The notes beneath the pieces are model-generated. The model saw only the letters and a program-made list of their open reading frames with translations. It did no database searches and was not told where the DNA came from. From NCBI GenBank assembly GCA_963761305.1, contig CAVXGK010000002.1, forward strand, positions 1,024,001 to 1,088,000: a stretch of 64,000 nt of DNA. The letters are read 5' to 3'. The position numbers and the translations under genes were made by a program. The stretch's first letter is position 1. Each line of letters begins with the position of its first letter. This stretch comes from an uncultured Gemmatimonadaceae bacterium. Its GTDB lineage: Bacteria; Gemmatimonadota; Gemmatimonadetes; Gemmatimonadales; Gemmatimonadaceae. Positions 42,982 through 52,506 of the stretch are shown in pieces.

Positions 42982-44073
42982 CTATCGGGGAAGCTTCGGC
43001 TCCTCGCCCGGGCGCGCCTTGAGAAACGTGAGAGCCACCATGCGCTGGATCTCGTACGCTGTATCGGGAAGCACCGGCCGCGTTCGATCGGTGTGAAGCA
43101 CGTGCACGGATTGGATCGTCGACGGAACGGAGATCGACGGCATGATCTCCTTGAAATCGGTCACGACTTCGACCGCGGCGATCTGCGGCACCTCGTCGGG
43201 AATGCGCGTGAGGCGCAACGTCGTCCGCCGGATCTCAAACGTCTCCCGATCCAGATACATCGATCCCGAGACGTCGGGCGACTTGATGCGCGACGACGCG
43301 CTGAAGTCGATGCGCACCACCGCGTGTCCGTCCACCACGTCGGCGCCCGCGTTGCCAAAGCAGTGCGTGTCGAGAAACCCCCGCTCGGCGAACTGGAGCA
43401 GCGTCGGAAGGTTGAAGAGAACCTGGCGATTGAACGGTTCGGATCCTACGGTGACGATCGTCCCCGGCGCGTACCGCCACCGCACGCCCGTGCCGATTCG
43501 CGTCGTGTCGATCGACGTGGTGACCGCATCGCCGCCCACGTAGTGGATCGTCGACCTCCGCTCCATCGCGTACGCGAACGGGTAGGACTCGGCGAGCAAT
43601 CGATAGCGATCGGCGTTCTCGCGCAGCTGCTCGAAGATCGCCGCGAACGAAGGATCGGCGGTGGCCGTTGGTGGCCCGGGCGACGTGCAGCGCCCGAGTC
43701 CCTCGATCGTCACCCGATTCAGCTCGACGGCGATCCGTGTGAGCTCGACGCGCACCGTGTCGGTCACGCCGGCGCGCACCTCGACCGTCAGGCTCGTCGG
43801 AGAGTAGCCGATGTGTCTGACGAGTAGTCGCACGCGGCCCGCGGGGATGCCGGCGAGCACGAACGCGCCGCGTTCGTTCGTGAATCGCTCGCGTGCCCCC
43901 GCGGGGGTCGGCACCGACACCACGCTATAAGGAAGGGCCGCGCCCGTTCCCTTGGCGACCACGGTGCCGGCGATCGATCCAGTGGAATCGCGCGCGGCCA
44001 CCTGTGCTCCGGCGGCCGAGGCGGCAACCCAAAGGCTCGTCGCCAGGAGACCGCGCGTGCATCGCATCCACAA
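42982..44073 (-). CDS. Carboxypeptidase-regulatory-like domain secreted protein
   Basis: Signal peptide; GSIAGTVV; TNERGAF; VRHIGY. Confidence 0.7.
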   Translation of the reverse strand: MWMRCTRGLLATSLWVAASAAGAQVAARDSTGSIAGTVVAKGTGAALPYSVVSVPTPAGARERFTNERGAFVLAGIPAGRVRLLVRHIGYSPTSLTVEVRAGVTDTVRVELTRIAVELNRVTIEGLGRCTSPGPPTATADPSFAAIFEQLRENADRYRLLAESYPFAYAMERRSTIHYVGGDAVTTSIDTTRIGTGVRWRYAPGTIVTVGSEPFNRQVLFNLPTLLQFAERGFLDTHCFGNAGADVVDGHAVVRIDFSASSRIKSPDVSGSMYLDRETFEIRRTTLRLTRIPDEVPQIAAVEVVTDFKEIMPSISVPSTIQSVHVLHTDRTRPVLPDTAYEIQRMVALTFLKARPGEEPKLPR

Positions 44074-44135
44074 ACCTCACGCGTGCGGCGGCCCGCGTCG
44101 AGGTCGATCGTCATTCAGCTGCGCGAGGCAGATCG

Positions 44136-44822
44136 CTACGGGAGCGCCTGCCGAAACGTCTGCGCCTCCGCGGGCACGTGCGCCGGGGCGGCACCGAACA
44201 GCAGTTGCGTGGTGGTCACGTCGGTGCCGTAGTAGTCTCTGTTGTCGTCCCTGTCGGCCCTCAGTTCCGCGCCTTCCAACGAGAGCCCGGCGAAGAGACC
44301 CTTCGACTTGGCGTAGGAATAAATCTCGGCCTTGAGGTCGAGGTTGGTGGCGGCTTCGGCGCTGCGCCCGAATGGGCCTGCTGCGACGCTGGCCTGTCCC
44401 CCAAGGGTCACACGGGATCCCTCGACCAGCGAGCGCGCGCCGCGGTCGTTCATCAAGAACAACACGATGTCGGACGACTGAACGCCGAGTTGCACGCCCC
44501 AGCTTCCACCGCTGATGCTGACGAACGCCGGCGCGCTCCAGCCGGTCTCCGTGCGGCAGGACATTACCCCACTCCCATGCCGGCCCCCGAAGCCGACCGC
44601 CGCCTTGATCACACCAGGCAGCACCGCGATGCACTTGGCGTGGTCCAGCAACTCCTTGGGAATCGCCTTGTCCCTCGCCGAGATCAGTTCGCGGTACACC
44701 GCAGTGGCGTCCGCCAGTTTGCTGCCCGGCCCTTCTGCCTTCTCGCGCGGAGTTTCGGCGCGTGCGGTTCCCACCGCGGCCACCGCGGCGCACAGCGCGA
44801 ACGTGATTGCGTGTTTCCTCAT
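44136..44822 (-). CDS. Lipid-binding SYLF (Ysc84) domain protein
   Basis: Signal peptide; WSAPAF; GGSWGVQLG; YSYAKSKGLFAGLSLEG; NRDYYG. Confidence 0.9.
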   Translation of the reverse strand: MRKHAITFALCAAVAAVGTARAETPREKAEGPGSKLADATAVYRELISARDKAIPKELLDHAKCIAVLPGVIKAAVGFGGRHGSGVMSCRTETGWSAPAFVSISGGSWGVQLGVQSSDIVLFLMNDRGARSLVEGSRVTLGGQASVAAGPFGRSAEAATNLDLKAEIYSYAKSKGLFAGLSLEGAELRADRDDNRDYYGTDVTTTQLLFGAAPAHVPAEAQTFRQALP

Positions 44823-44883
44823 GTCTGCTCTCCCAAGAGTCCCTGCCTGGCTGTTGGCCTCGTTTACCCGTTCAGCCTGACGT

Positions 44884-44898
44884 GCAACTCCTGAGCCG
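44884..44898 (-). promoter_or_regulatory. Putative sigma54 promoter upstream of the SYLF gene
   Basis: Minus strand CGGCTC-AGGAG-TTGC (GG-N10-GC), about 60 nt upstream of ATG. Confidence 0.45.
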
Positions 44899-44933
44899 CG
44901 CTCGCTACCCGCCTTGCATCGCCGGCATTTGCC

Positions 44934-45434
44934 TCAGAACCGAAACGAGACCGCGACACCGGGTGCCGCGCGCCGATCGGCCAGTTGCATCACCGTCGGT
45001 GCGACCGTGATGCGCGACGTTCCCGCCGTGCGCAGCGTGTTGTTGTGCCGCGCCGCGCCGTCGACGGCGTCGGATGCCGACCCGATCCAGAAGCCCGCCG
45101 CGAGGAGTACGGCGGAGGTCGCTATAGTCGACGAGCGCGGACCCGAGCTGCATCCGACGAGGCCGAGGCAGCTCCCGACCCGCTGACCGTTATACGTAGA
45201 CACGTGTTGCGACTCGTACACGGCGAGGAGCACGCTCATCGCGACCCCGCCGCTGAACACGAACGCGTGGCGAGGCTCGCCCACGTAGTACGAACCAAAC
45301 GCGAGGCCAGGGGCGCCGAGCGACAGGGCGGCCGCGCCGACCCCGCTCTTCGAGCTCGACTCCTGAGCGCCGACGTGGCCTGTGCTCAAAGCCACCGCGG
45401 CCACGAGCAGGACAAAGGGTGTGAATCGCATCAT
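44934..45434 (-). CDS. Hypothetical exported protein
   Basis: Signal peptide; GAGG RBS; C-terminal VSFRF strand. Confidence 0.6.
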   Translation of the reverse strand: MMRFTPFVLLVAAVALSTGHVGAQESSSKSGVGAAALSLGAPGLAFGSYYVGEPRHAFVFSGGVAMSVLLAVYESQHVSTYNGQRVGSCLGLVGCSSGPRSSTIATSAVLLAAGFWIGSASDAVDGAARHNNTLRTAGTSRITVAPTVMQLADRRAAPGVAVSFRF

Positions 45435-45533
45435 GACCTCACTGCGTGTTTGCGGCGTTGAATCGTCGCGAGCTCAATAGCGTCGGTGCAGGCCGGACCG
45501 GTCTTGGAACCGGCCTGCCCGAGTCACGAGATG

Positions 45534-46109
45534 CTACGAGGATGCCCCAGCACGGGCTGTCTTGCTCGAGCCGTTCGGAGTCGACGCCCCGGGTTTCAGC
45601 GCGGCGCGAACCTCGCCGCGCGGCATCACAGCCGATGCGCTCTCGGCATGATCCGGAATGGTCTTCACCTTGATCACCGTCGCCTGCGGGAGCGCCGCCT
45701 TCGGTATGCGGAGGGCGAGCAATCCGTTTGCATACTCGGCGGTGATCATCGACGCGTTGACGTTGACCGGCAGTTGGAAATGGCGTACGAACGTGCCATC
45801 GTGCCGCTCGATGAGATGGAAGCGCGCGCCGAGCTTTCCCTCGTGCCGCGGTGAGCGCGTCGCGCGAACGGTGAGCACGTTCTCCTCAGCGGTCACCTGC
45901 ACCTGGTCCGGCGCGATCCCCGGCAGTTCGACGGCGAAGCTGAGCGCCTCGTCCGTCTCGTGAATGTCTGCCGCGGGACTCCACTCGTTCAACGTGGGGT
46001 GCGCGGTTCCCCGCATGGTCTGCAGTCCGAAGTTGGTTTCGAGCAACCGCTCGAATTCGAACAACAGACGGGAGGAGACGGGCGTCGCTGGCGCTGACGT
46101 GCTGTTCAT
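45534..46109 (-). CDS. Hsp20/alpha-crystallin family protein
   Basis: WSPAADIHET; VELPGI; LIERHDGTFVRHFQLP; YANGLL.LRIPK. Confidence 0.92.
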   Translation of the reverse strand: MNSTSAPATPVSSRLLFEFERLLETNFGLQTMRGTAHPTLNEWSPAADIHETDEALSFAVELPGIAPDQVQVTAEENVLTVRATRSPRHEGKLGARFHLIERHDGTFVRHFQLPVNVNASMITAEYANGLLALRIPKAALPQATVIKVKTIPDHAESASAVMPRGEVRAALKPGASTPNGSSKTARAGASS

Positions 46110-46228
46110 ACTGCCTCTGTGCTATCGGGGGCCCTGACGGGCTGAGCCTGGATGACCGGGTCCCGATGGCCTCCAGCATTTTGATTTTGGTGCGCCTCGG
46201 CGCTCATCACGCCGGCGCCGAGCGAGGC

Positions 46229-46293
46229 GAGAAACAAAAAAGAAACCGGCCGGGCAGGAGCTCCACGATGTGGATCTCCGCTCAGCCGGTTTC
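46229..46293 (-). terminator. Long hairpin with U-tract (terminator or attenuator) upstream of hsp20
   Basis: GAAACCGGC...TCCAC-GAT-GTGGA...GCCGGTTTC interrupted stem of about 22 bp; TTTTTTGTTT follows on the minus strand. Confidence 0.65.
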
Positions 46294-46456
46294 GCGATTT
46301 GCTCCTCCCGAGGCCTGGCGACCGTGCATGACTCCGCATGCGCCTCGGGGATCACAGCATCTGAGATTACTCAACTTACTCGTCTCAAATGCAAAGTCAA
46401 TCCACTGTCTGCGAATCCTTCCAAACTCATCAGGAGAAGATCTCATGACGTTCCGG

Positions 46457-47824
46457 TCAGCGTGCCGCGCTCGGCAGACGCAACGTGAATCGCGAGCCGA
46501 CGCCGACGGTGCTCTCGATGGTGAGATCTCCATTCATCCCCCGCGCGAGGTCGCGACTGATCGCCAGGCCAAGGCCGACGCCACCGCGCCGTTCCGTCCA
46601 GTTGCTCGCCAGCTGGACGAACGGATCGAAGATCACGAACAGTTTCTCACCCGGGATCCCGGGACCGGTATCCGCCACGTGAATGGCGACGGCCGTCGGC
46701 GTGGTCTCGACGCTGAGCGTGACCTGCCCACCCGCCGCCGCGGCGTACTTGAGGGCGTTCGTCAACAAATTCATGAGAATTTGCCGGACGCGATTTGGGT
46801 CGGCCCAAACGACCGCGTCGACAGCGTCGGGCCACCGGAAGAGCCCGAAACCCCGGTCGTCCGTGATGCCGCGCAACATTTCGGAGACCTCGTTCAGTGT
46901 TCCCTGCACGGACATCTCGGCGAGTTGGTACTCCATTCGGCCGCTCTCGGTTTGCACGAACGTGAGCAATTCTGAGATCAGCGCGAGCAGGTGCTCCTGG
47001 TTGCGTCGTACGCGCCCGAGGTCGATCACCTGTTGAGGGCTGACGGGACCGCGCAGCCCCAACTCGATCAGACTGACGTACCCGCCGATGGCGTTGAGTG
47101 GCGTCATCAGCTCGTGGGTCATGTTGGCGAGAAACGTCGACTTCGCGCGGTTCGCGACGTCGGCGCTCTGGCGGAGCTCCCGGGCCTCGTGATACAACCG
47201 CTCGTTGTCGAGGGCGAGCGCGCACAGGTCGGCGAGGTCCGCCGCAAGCTTGACTTCGTCCGGCGAGAACGGCGCGTCGTCTTCCCGCGTGACGAACGTG
47301 ATCGCGCCAAGGACTCTTCCGCGCACAACCAGCGGCACGACCAGCAGGTCGCCAGAGCCGAGCGCGCGGCGTGCCGCCTCGTTGCCTACCTCGTAATCCG
47401 TCTCGCGCGCGACCGCGCTCGGCGCGCCCTTCGCTTCTGTGCCGACGGCGGGCGCGACCGGGAACCATCGGTCGGCAAACGATTGCGCCGCGTCCTGTTT
47501 CGCCGGATCGGGGTGAGCGACGGGTAAACGGTGAACCGCGCCATCGAATTCGACGACGTCCACGATGCACCAACTGCCCTCGCGCGGCAGGGCGCGCCGC
47601 CGAATCCTCTCACGCGCTGTTTCGTCGCCGAGCGACATGGCGAGCTCACGACTTGCCGATGCCAAGAACATGGCACGACGGTGCGCAGTGACCGCCTCGC
47701 GCGATTCGTCGCGGGAGCGCAGCGCCGCGAACAAGAATTGCTCGGTAATCGCGCGTTGACGGGCCAACTCCGACAGGGCCGGTCCGTTCGCGCCCGCATG
47801 ACCGCCCAGGTCGCGGCTAACCAT
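46457..47824 (-). CDS. Cytoplasmic GAF-domain sensor histidine kinase
   Basis: GAF (VVPLVVRGRVLGAI; LALDNERL); MTHELMTPL; MNLLTNALKY; DTGPG; GVGLGL; start overlaps the KaiC-like stop. Confidence 0.9.
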   Translation of the reverse strand: MVSRDLGGHAGANGPALSELARQRAITEQFLFAALRSRDESREAVTAHRRAMFLASASRELAMSLGDETARERIRRRALPREGSWCIVDVVEFDGAVHRLPVAHPDPAKQDAAQSFADRWFPVAPAVGTEAKGAPSAVARETDYEVGNEAARRALGSGDLLVVPLVVRGRVLGAITFVTREDDAPFSPDEVKLAADLADLCALALDNERLYHEARELRQSADVANRAKSTFLANMTHELMTPLNAIGGYVSLIELGLRGPVSPQQVIDLGRVRRNQEHLLALISELLTFVQTESGRMEYQLAEMSVQGTLNEVSEMLRGITDDRGFGLFRWPDAVDAVVWADPNRVRQILMNLLTNALKYAAAAGGQVTLSVETTPTAVAIHVADTGPGIPGEKLFVIFDPFVQLASNWTERRGGVGLGLAISRDLARGMNGDLTIESTVGVGSRFTLRLPSAAR

Positions 47825-49307
47825 CTGGGCCGACGCCGATGGCCACTTCGGCGAGATCCGGAACACCAGTCGTGATCCCGTGATAGTTCGACAGCGACGG
47901 TCCTATGACGGCGCCATCCGACGTCAGCGTGTACGCCCGGAAGTCGGTCGCGTGCGCGCTGCCTCGCATCTTGACGACCGACAGCACCTTCTGCAGCCTG
48001 CCGTCGATCTCGACGTACCGCTGCACGAGAATGTCGTCCGTGATGAACGACACGCGCTCGTGGGTGAACCGGCCGCCCGGATTCGCGTCGACGACTTCGT
48101 CGGTCATCAGCACCGTGACACCCGTTGCCGTGAGCGCACCGACAAGGCGATACAGCGATTCGCGAAAGTCCACGCGGTACGTCGGGGCGAGTGCGACCTC
48201 GAAGCCGGAGAGCGAGTCGATGACAACCCGAGTCGCGCCCACGCGTTCGACGGCAGCCTGGATTTCGGCGAGCATCTGGTCGACCGACAAGTCGAGCGGC
48301 CGCAGATACGTGATGGCGAGCCGTCCCTCCGCGACCATGGTGTCGAGGTCGGTCGACACGGTTTTCGCGCGAGCGAGATACGCTTCGGGATACTCCTCGA
48401 AGACCGCCACCACGCAACTCTCGCCGTCGCTGAGTCCCTGCGCGATGAAGTGCGTTGCGAATGTGGTCTTGCCGCTTCCCGCCGGCCCCGTGAGCAGCAC
48501 CACGTCGCCGGCCGGAATGCCGCCCCCGGTCATCTCGTCGAGGCCCGGCACGCCAGTCGCGAGGCGCGCATTCCGCCGAACGACGCGTCGCCGCTGCTGT
48601 TCCGGAATTCGCGGAAAGACCTGCATGCCCGCGTCGGTGAGACGGAACGTGTGCAGTCCCGGCATCGGGCTTCGCCCGCGAACCTTGACCGCGCGGAGCT
48701 TGCGCGTGGCGGAATTCCGATCCACGTCTTCGGATAGCCGGATGATCGTATCGGCCACGGTGAAGACCGGGTGGCGTTGCTCGCTGTCCGCGTATTCGCC
48801 GATCAGGAACGAGGTGACCTCCCACGTCGTGAGCTGCTGAGCAAGCCGGTTGACGAAGCGCGCCAGCTCGATCACGCCCGACGCCGGTGTTTGATGCTCG
48901 CCGACGATCGTTCGAAACGAGTCGACAGCGATGAACGCCGGCGCCACGGCGGCCACTTCAGCCCCCACACGCTGGAAGACGGCGTCGAGGTTTCCGCCCG
49001 TCGCCTCGGTGGCCAGGTTGATGAACCGCACCGACGTGGGAACGAGAGCCGGATTGAAGAAACCGAACTGCGATTGGTAGCGGAGCATCTTGATCGTCGG
49101 TTCGCCGAGCACCGTGAAATACAGCGCCGGTCGCTCAGGCGTCGCGTTGGCGAACAGGATCTGCTGCACCAGCGTCGTCTTTCCCGACCCCGGCGCGCCC
49201 GCGATGAGGTTGAAGGAATACTCGCACAGGCCGCCGCCGAGGACCGCGTCGAGACCCGGCACTCCCGTGGCGATGTTACGGATCTCCAATGGCTTTGAAA
49301 CGGTCAT
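47817..49307 (-). CDS. KaiC-like / RAD55 double-domain ATPase
   Basis: Two TGVPGLD repeats; Walker A GAPGSGKT and GPAGSGKT; FEE in CII; VKVRG and VKMRG. Confidence 0.9.
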   Translation of the reverse strand: MTVSKPLEIRNIATGVPGLDAVLGGGLCEYSFNLIAGAPGSGKTTLVQQILFANATPERPALYFTVLGEPTIKMLRYQSQFGFFNPALVPTSVRFINLATEATGGNLDAVFQRVGAEVAAVAPAFIAVDSFRTIVGEHQTPASGVIELARFVNRLAQQLTTWEVTSFLIGEYADSEQRHPVFTVADTIIRLSEDVDRNSATRKLRAVKVRGRSPMPGLHTFRLTDAGMQVFPRIPEQQRRRVVRRNARLATGVPGLDEMTGGGIPAGDVVLLTGPAGSGKTTFATHFIAQGLSDGESCVVAVFEEYPEAYLARAKTVSTDLDTMVAEGRLAITYLRPLDLSVDQMLAEIQAAVERVGATRVVIDSLSGFEVALAPTYRVDFRESLYRLVGALTATGVTVLMTDEVVDANPGGRFTHERVSFITDDILVQRYVEIDGRLQKVLSVVKMRGSAHATDFRAYTLTSDGAVIGPSLSNYHGITTGVPDLAEVAIGVGPDG

Positions 49308-49759
49308 GGCTCGACTCGGGCTGGCGTGCGGTGGGTGTCATCGTAATCCAGAAGGTTTCGCGCCATTTCCGCTCCAATGAGATCGCTCAGAATGTCGAGC
49401 AGCGCCGCAACGAGCGATTCGAGCGCGGCGGCCACGGTGCTGGCACCGTGGCCGCCCACAGCGGCGACAACGTCCAGATCGATTTCGAGGCCGGCGTACC
49501 GCAGGATGGTCCACACCGGCTGGTTGGACTGCGTGCGCGCGATCGCGCGCCCGAGCAACGCCCGGTATCCGTCCTCGCCAATCGAACGCCGGAGACTGTC
49601 GGATACTCGCGTGAACGAGCCTTGCATCGCCTCGCCGGTCATCGGCGCGTCCGCATTCCACGGCCGGCCGCGTCCGAGGATCTCGCCGGCCAGCGAAGGT
49701 GCCGTCGCCGATTTGACGGGCGACGTCCCGTTCTGCGCAACACCGAGTCGCGGAATCAC
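49304..49759 (-). CDS. Small hypothetical protein coupled to the KaiC-like gene
   Basis: IGEDGYRALLGRA...LLDILSDLIGAEMARNLL; ATGA overlap with the KaiC-like start; GTG 49759 chosen from cassette spacing. Confidence 0.65.
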   Translation of the reverse strand: MIPRLGVAQNGTSPVKSATAPSLAGEILGRGRPWNADAPMTGEAMQGSFTRVSDSLRRSIGEDGYRALLGRAIARTQSNQPVWTILRYAGLEIDLDVVAAVGGHGASTVAAALESLVAALLDILSDLIGAEMARNLLDYDDTHRTPARVEP

Positions 49760-49766
49760 GTCGGAC

Positions 49767-49843
49767 AGAGTACGGCTCATCGGGGCGCGCGAGCCATCGC
49801 ACGAAGGGGTGAGCGACGGCCTACGCCCTTTGGCGGAGCGGCC
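49767..49843 (-). promoter_or_regulatory. Conserved promoter cassette copy B
   Basis: 68/77 identical to copy A; palindrome CTACGCC-CTTT-GGCGGAG at 49821-49838; TACTCT 7 nt before GTG. Confidence 0.75.
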
Positions 49844-49850
49844 GAGGCGC

Positions 49851-51557
49851 TCACGGCCACGTGAAGATCGCGGACGGCGCCGCCCCGCTGCGTCCACGCG
49901 CCACGTCATCCGGCTCGCGCCAGAATCCTCGCGTCCAAATACCGGTCAGGCGAAGCTCGCCGCGCGCGTGCGGGTCCCGGCTCACCGGAACGGCGACATC
50001 CAGCCGCCACAGTCTTTGTGACTGCGGTGGGAACGCCGCCAGGAGTCCAACGCCGATCCCGACCTTCACGCTGCTGTTCACGCCGAACGGCGCATCACCC
50101 GCCGCCACGCGGCCGGCGTCGACGAAGCTCGCCATGCCAAGCGCGTCGTGCGACGTGAATCCGCCGATCGACCAGCGTTCTTCGAGCCGCGCGACGCCGC
50201 GCACCGCTCCGGCATCGCTCGATGCGGAATAGCCCCGCACGCCGCCCTGGAGGTCGCCAAGCGCCAGTTGGAACGGCACACGTTCGCCCCGCTCGCCGGA
50301 CCATTCGAGACTACTGATGACGACGTGCGCCGCGGAAGGCTTGACGTACCAGGCCAGTCGTCCACTGGCGATCATGGAATCCCACTCGTTCGTGCGCCGG
50401 TCATCGCGGGCTTCCCCCTCGATGCGCAGTGCGCCGAACGACCTGGCGGAGCCGACCCCCGCATAGAGATCGGCCGAGACGAACAGGTCGTCGTCGGTGT
50501 TTCCGAATCCACCGATGGTGCGCCCAACCAGGGCGCCGAACTGAGCGCCGACGGCCACATCTTGCGCGGCGGCCAGGGCGTCGAATCCGCGCACCGTCAT
50601 GAACGACAGCGCGCGTGCGCCGGCGACGGCGTTGACGCGCACGTTTCGGTACGAAGCCACGGAATCGGCGAGTTTGGGACCGGCGGCCGCGACGAGCCCC
50701 GAGTCCGAGACGACGACGAATCGGTTGGCCGGCACCACGTCTTCACCCGTGACGAGCGTGCCGAGAAACGCGGCTCGACGCCCCAGCCCGACGCGCCGTA
50801 CGCCGCCGATGTCCCAGAACCGTCGCCGCACCTCGAGCGACGGCCCATCGCCGTCGGGAACACGGAAGGGCACGTAGCGATCAATGTCGCTGAGGCCCAC
50901 GTGCCACGCAGTTCGCTGCAAATCGGTGAAGAACTTGTGGTCGAAGGCGACGGTCAGCTGTCCGCCGACCGGGGCGCGTTCCGCCACGAGCGCGAGCGTG
51001 TAGGGCTGACCAAGCACCTGGTTCGCCACGGCGTACACGCCGAAGCCGGTACGATAGGCCAGGCCGTTTTCGACACTCGTCGCCAGGTACAGTCCTTGAC
51101 CGCCGACGTTGTTATTGCCAAAGCGGACCAGCGACGGGTGCATGTTTCGCAGTCGCACGTCGAGCACCGTCGGGAGCTCGTCGACCGTCTCGACGACGAT
51201 GCGGACGCCGGCGCCGGTGTCCGGTACGACGCGCACGCTTGCGTCGGCAAGAAAGGGTTGCAAGCGCAGGATGCGCTCCGACTCCGCACGCTGTCGCTCG
51301 GTACAAGGCTGGCCAATCGACAGGAGCAGGAAGTCGCCGATCGTTTCCTTTGTCGATGTCGTGGAGATCAATCCGACTGTGCGCGCCAATCCCCGCAATT
51401 GCCGTGGAACGGCCAGGACCGATGGATCGCGCGGCGTGATGACGATCGAGGTCACGATCTTGCCGTCGCACAGCCGCTCGGCGGGCGTCGCGGTTTGCGC
51501 GCCGGCGCGCGCGGCGGCGATCGAGAAAATCAGGACGCCACGCTTCACCGTGTCCAT
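49851..51557 (-). CDS. Omp85/BamA-TamA-like outer-membrane protein with one POTRA-like domain
   Basis: Signal peptide; AESERILRLQPFL; NNNVGGQG; GVRGY; FVDAG; RLDVAVP. Confidence 0.65.
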   Translation of the reverse strand: MDTVKRGVLIFSIAAARAGAQTATPAERLCDGKIVTSIVITPRDPSVLAVPRQLRGLARTVGLISTTSTKETIGDFLLLSIGQPCTERQRAESERILRLQPFLADASVRVVPDTGAGVRIVVETVDELPTVLDVRLRNMHPSLVRFGNNNVGGQGLYLATSVENGLAYRTGFGVYAVANQVLGQPYTLALVAERAPVGGQLTVAFDHKFFTDLQRTAWHVGLSDIDRYVPFRVPDGDGPSLEVRRRFWDIGGVRRVGLGRRAAFLGTLVTGEDVVPANRFVVVSDSGLVAAAGPKLADSVASYRNVRVNAVAGARALSFMTVRGFDALAAAQDVAVGAQFGALVGRTIGGFGNTDDDLFVSADLYAGVGSARSFGALRIEGEARDDRRTNEWDSMIASGRLAWYVKPSAAHVVISSLEWSGERGERVPFQLALGDLQGGVRGYSASSDAGAVRGVARLEERWSIGGFTSHDALGMASFVDAGRVAAGDAPFGVNSSVKVGIGVGLLAAFPPQSQRLWRLDVAVPVSRDPHARGELRLTGIWTRGFWREPDDVARGRSGAAPSAIFTWP

Positions 51558-51568
51558 ACTGATGAGAC

Positions 51569-51645
51569 AGACTACGCCTCATCGGGACGCGCGAGCCATC
51601 GCACGAAGGAGTGAACGTCGGCCTACGCCTTTTGGCGGAGCGGCC
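51569..51645 (-). promoter_or_regulatory. Conserved promoter cassette copy C
   Basis: 70/77 identical to copy B; palindrome 51623-51640; TAGTCT 11 nt before ATG 51557. Confidence 0.75.
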
Positions 51646-51674
51646 GGGCGAGTGACCGCCCGGCCTCGCAGCTG

Positions 51675-52340
51675 CTATGCGCCGTCTCGCCTGGAGTACG
51701 CGGCGATTTGGAGCCGCGTGTGCAGCGTCAGCTTTTCCATGACGTTCCGCACATGACTCTTGACCGTGTGCGCCGCGATGTTGAGCCGTTGGGCGATTTC
51801 TTTGTTGCTCAGCCCCTCGCCGATCAACTCGATCACCTCGCGCTCGCGCTTCGTCATGCGCACGTCCTCCAGGACGTGCGCGCGGCCCTGCGTGGCCGCC
51901 GCGGCGCTGGCGATTTGCGAGAACAGCGATTCCGCCATGCGCGGCGGCAGCACCTTGCCCCCCGCCGCCACCGATCTGATGGTCGTCACGAACTCGTCGA
52001 ACGTGGCGTCCTTGAGCACGAATCCCGACACACCGGCATTCACGAACTGCACGATGTCTTCGTTCATCGGGATGAGATCCATCACGATGATCTTCGTCCC
52101 TGGCGCCCGTTTGGTCAGGTCCGCGGCCACGCCGAGGCTGTCGTCGTCGACCAGGCCGACATCGAGGAGCAACACGTCCGGCTTGACCTGGTCGATGAAC
52201 GCGGCATCGGCGACGCCCGTTCCGACGACGCGCAGATCGGGAATCCGATCGAGCATCGCGGTGAGCGCCTCGCGCACGAGGCGATTGTCGTCCACGATCG
52301 CAACAGTGATCATATCGCCGGACAGCTGGGGTGCCGTCAT
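51675..52340 (-). CDS. NarL/LuxR family response regulator transcription factor
   Basis: VAIVDD; DVLLLD; FVLKD; MTKREREV..GLSNKEIA..TVKSHV HTH; start could be 52313. Confidence 0.93.
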   Translation of the reverse strand: MTAPQLSGDMITVAIVDDNRLVREALTAMLDRIPDLRVVGTGVADAAFIDQVKPDVLLLDVGLVDDDSLGVAADLTKRAPGTKIIVMDLIPMNEDIVQFVNAGVSGFVLKDATFDEFVTTIRSVAAGGKVLPPRMAESLFSQIASAAAATQGRAHVLEDVRMTKREREVIELIGEGLSNKEIAQRLNIAAHTVKSHVRNVMEKLTLHTRLQIAAYSRRDGA

Positions 52341-52456
52341 GCACGTGGAGTGCGCGAATCGTGAGCAGCCATGGAATAGACTGCCACGGAGCTGAATCTA
52401 CCGCCGTCACCCACCCCGGCCATCCCGGCGTTTCGGACGCGGTAGTAGGTCATCTA

Positions 52457-52499
52457 GTCCGTTCGTGCGATTGCCGGTGGTCCATGCGACTCCTACGCT
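52457..52499 (+). promoter_or_regulatory. Promoter cassette copy E (upstream of the PAS kinase)
   Basis: GTCCGTTCGTGCGATTGCCGG...TACGCT, 7 nt before ATG 52507. Confidence 0.65.
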
Positions 52500-52506
52500 A
52501 CGTCCC

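Noticed and set aside
46106..46207. 33-aa uORF overlapping the hsp20 start
   Set aside because: No RBS or recognisable motif, and hsp20 has its own GAGG; cannot be supported
47817..49307. Circadian clock kaiC
   Set aside because: No kaiA/kaiB, the ST phosphosite pair is not intact and CI lacks EE, so the symbol was withheld
42236..51645. 77-nt repeats as IS ends or a riboswitch
   Set aside because: No transposase or target-site duplication was seen; the block ends in a -10-like box just before start codons, so it is probably promoter DNA rather than leader RNA (not formally excluded)
52395..52425. Seventh cassette copy driving the NarL gene (TAGATT plus GATGG)
   Set aside because: The TTCGTG core is absent and the spacing differs; too weak to call
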